Below are positions 61,857 to 64,000 of a stretch of 64,000 bases of DNA, piece by piece. Location: NCBI GenBank assembly GCA_052246995.1, contig JBQPWD010000001.1, positions 128,001 to 192,000 of the forward strand. Reading direction: 5' to 3'. Each line of letters starts with the position of its first letter. Position 1 is the stretch's first letter. The position numbers and the translations under genes are program-made. A model generated the notes under the pieces. It had not been told where the DNA came from, did no database searches, and saw only the letters and a list, made by a program, of their open reading frames with translations. This DNA is from Candidatus Bathyarchaeota archaeon (GTDB lineage: Archaea; Thermoproteota; Bathyarchaeia; Hecatellales; Hecatellaceae).

Positions 61857-63131
61857 ATGGTTGAGGTTTGGCTTCCATACGGAGAGAGCGAGGTCTGCCT
61901 AACTATCCCCCCAGAAAATCTTTTGGAAGTTGTTGAGCCAAGAACCCTTCCAAACCCTTTAGAAAATCTCTTTGAAGAGATTGGAAAGGCGTTAGAAAAC
62001 CCTTTAGGGTCATCTGCCTTAAAAAACGTTATAAAACCTGGTTGTAGAGTTTCTATTGTTGTTGATAAAGATTTGCTTGGTGGAATTGGAAGCGTTATTG
62101 TTTCTAGAATGTACGGTGAACTAAAAAGTTGCGGCATTGAAAACTCGAATATAAGCATATTTATCGGGGATGTTTTAGGAGAGAGGGTAGAGAATGATCC
62201 TAGAAAATTTCTTTCCAATATTCCTAATGATGTTTGTATCAAGTTGAATAATCCTTATGCCGAGGATAACTTTATCAAAATTGGCTTAACAAGCAATAAA
62301 ACAAGTATCTATATTGATAAGGACTTTTTAAACTCGGATGTTAAGATTCTTGTTGGAAAGATTGGTTTAAACTCTTATGCAGGTTTTAGTGGTGGAAGGC
62401 AGACAATTCTTGCTGTTTCAAGTATAAAAACAATTCAACAAAACTATGCTTTATCCATTAACCCGTTTGCCAAGGTTGGTTTGCTGGATAAAAATCCTGT
62501 ACACCTAGATTTAGCTGAAATTGTTAAAATGTGTAAGGTGGATTTTGTTTTTGATGTAGTAGAGTATAATGGTAAGCTTTTAAAGGTTTTTCATGGTAAG
62601 GTTGATGATGCATTCTATGAGGGTGTAAACTATGTTAAATCTTTATTTGATTATCCTCTTAAGAATAAAGCTGATATTGCCGTAGCAAGTGTTGGTGGCT
62701 ATCCAAACGATAAAACACTCCATAGTGCACAGGAATTCTTTCACAACGTTTCAGATGTTGTAAAGGAGTCTGGGGTGATAATTTTTGCTGTTGAGTGTTC
62801 ACAGGGATTCGGAGATAAGAATCTTTACAAATGGATGTTTGAAGTTAAGGGTATGGATGTTAAAGAGTTGAGAGAGGTTGCAAGGAAGGAGTTTATTAAA
62901 GGGCTGCATAAAGTTTTCCAGTTAAAAGTTTTAACAGAAAAGTTTAAGGTTATTGTTGTTTCAGCTTTGCCGCCTCTTTTAACATCTGAAATTTTTAAAT
63001 TTAGGGTTGCAGACTCAGTTAACGATGCATTGGAAATGGCTTTTAGAATGGTTGGAAAAGGATCTAAAGTTATTGTTTTTCGTGATATATCAAAGGTTTT
63101 ACCTTCTTTTTCACCTACCACAACACAATAG
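61857..63131 (+). CDS. LarA (lactate racemase/nickel-pincer epimerase) homologue with degenerate active site
   Basis: Scaffold motifs LPYG, ALENPLGS, AGFSGG, NPVH, GGYPND and ECSQGFG are present. The catalytic His and Lys positions are substituted. Confidence 0.85.
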   Translation: MVEVWLPYGESEVCLTIPPENLLEVVEPRTLPNPLENLFEEIGKALENPLGSSALKNVIKPGCRVSIVVDKDLLGGIGSVIVSRMYGELKSCGIENSNISIFIGDVLGERVENDPRKFLSNIPNDVCIKLNNPYAEDNFIKIGLTSNKTSIYIDKDFLNSDVKILVGKIGLNSYAGFSGGRQTILAVSSIKTIQQNYALSINPFAKVGLLDKNPVHLDLAEIVKMCKVDFVFDVVEYNGKLLKVFHGKVDDAFYEGVNYVKSLFDYPLKNKADIAVASVGGYPNDKTLHSAQEFFHNVSDVVKESGVIIFAVECSQGFGDKNLYKWMFEVKGMDVKELREVARKEFIKGLHKVFQLKVLTEKFKVIVVSALPPLLTSEIFKFRVADSVNDALEMAFRMVGKGSKVIVFRDISKVLPSFSPTTTQ

Positions 63132-63999
63132 CACTTAAAACCATCATTAAAAACGCAATAAAACCTAAAACCCTCCTAGATAAGGATAGAGGTGAAACAT
63201 CGTCTAATGGTGCTGCTCTTTTTGTCTGAAACATTAGGAAAAGTATGAGTAAACCGAAAAACCAAAAACCTGTAACAAAAGTTATGATAACGCCTATCAT
63301 TGAAGCTATAGCATGACCTCTTTCTCCAAAAATTGCTGAAGCTAGATGACCACCATCCAGTTGACCTATTGGTAGAAGATTTAAAAATGTTACTACAAAG
63401 CCGAGCCATGCTGCTAAGCCTATAGGTGGGGTTAGTAAGACATTTCCATATTCCAGTGGAAGATTAGCAAAATTAACAAGTATTATCCATGCAAGACTTA
63501 CAGGCACCGTACGTATTTCTATTCCCATCTCCTTAAGCTGCTCAATTATTCCCACATCAATTATACGTACACCTTGAATAGATATAGCTGCAACAATTAG
63601 TGTAACAATAAACCCTACAATTGGGCCACTAAATCCAAGGTCGAAAAGATGGTCACGGTTTATTGCAGGCTCTTTTTGCATTATCACAGCACCAAATGTT
63701 CCAAAACCAACCGGAAACGGAGGTCCAGGTATAAAGTATGGTAACGTTGCCTCTATACCCTTAAGCTTGCATACAGCTTTATGTCCAAGCTCATGTAATC
63801 CAACAATCCCTAGAAGAGCTACTGTAAAGTATAGTGCATGTAGAAAAACATTCTCATTAAAAATTAGTGACCATGTTAGCGAGTTTACATATCCACTTAA
63901 AAACACGGTTATCATTGTTGCTAAGAAAAGTATGATGTTAACCCTAATCTTTGAAGGCTTTATCTCAGGCTTGTTAAAAATGTAAAGTTTAATGCCTCC
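63115..63999 (-). CDS. Site-2 protease (M50 family), 5' truncated by the window edge
   Basis: Motifs HELGH, FGTFGA, GPIVG and NLLPIGQLDGGH. The frame is open to the window end. Confidence 0.93.
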   Translation of the reverse strand, partial: GGIKLYIFNKPEIKPSKIRVNIILFLATMITVFLSGYVNSLTWSLIFNENVFLHALYFTVALLGIVGLHELGHKAVCKLKGIEATLPYFIPGPPFPVGFGTFGAVIMQKEPAINRDHLFDLGFSGPIVGFIVTLIVAAISIQGVRIIDVGIIEQLKEMGIEIRTVPVSLAWIILVNFANLPLEYGNVLLTPPIGLAAWLGFVVTFLNLLPIGQLDGGHLASAIFGERGHAIASMIGVIITFVTGFWFFGLLILFLMFQTKRAAPLDDVSPLSLSRRVLGFIAFLMMVLSAIVLW

Positions 64000-64000
64000 A

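Overview
This is a gene-dense, AT-rich archaeal chromosome segment. Archaeal markers include TFB, Gar1, SRP19, rpS8e, class I LysRS, Cdc6/Orc1, A-type ATPase F-A-B and a tRNA with a bulge-helix-bulge (BHB) intron. A TACK lineage such as Bathyarchaeia is plausible, but that is inference from gene content only. Most genes are housekeeping or belong to anaerobic metabolism (tungsten AOR, class III CoA-transferase, malic enzyme, LutB-CCG fusion). Two tRNA-Arg genes are present, one carrying a 28-nt intron at non-canonical position 29/30, along with two C/D-box sRNA candidates. The strongest candidate for an undescribed system is the operon at 50081-56930. It combines one Na+-pumping decarboxylase beta subunit, two different carboxyltransferases (acyl-CoA type and pyruvate/oxaloacetate type), two biotin carriers and two delta-like adaptors, with no biotin carboxylase. 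This suggests a membrane-coupled transcarboxylase or a dual-substrate Na+ pump. Other oddities are a PfkB kinase ending in a PCNA-interaction (PIP) box, a LarA homologue lacking the nickel-pincer residues, probable ATA and ATT start codons, and a pair of B12-type radical SAM enzymes. No CRISPR array, rRNA gene, transposase or integrase was seen. All product calls come from motif recognition by eye, with no database search.
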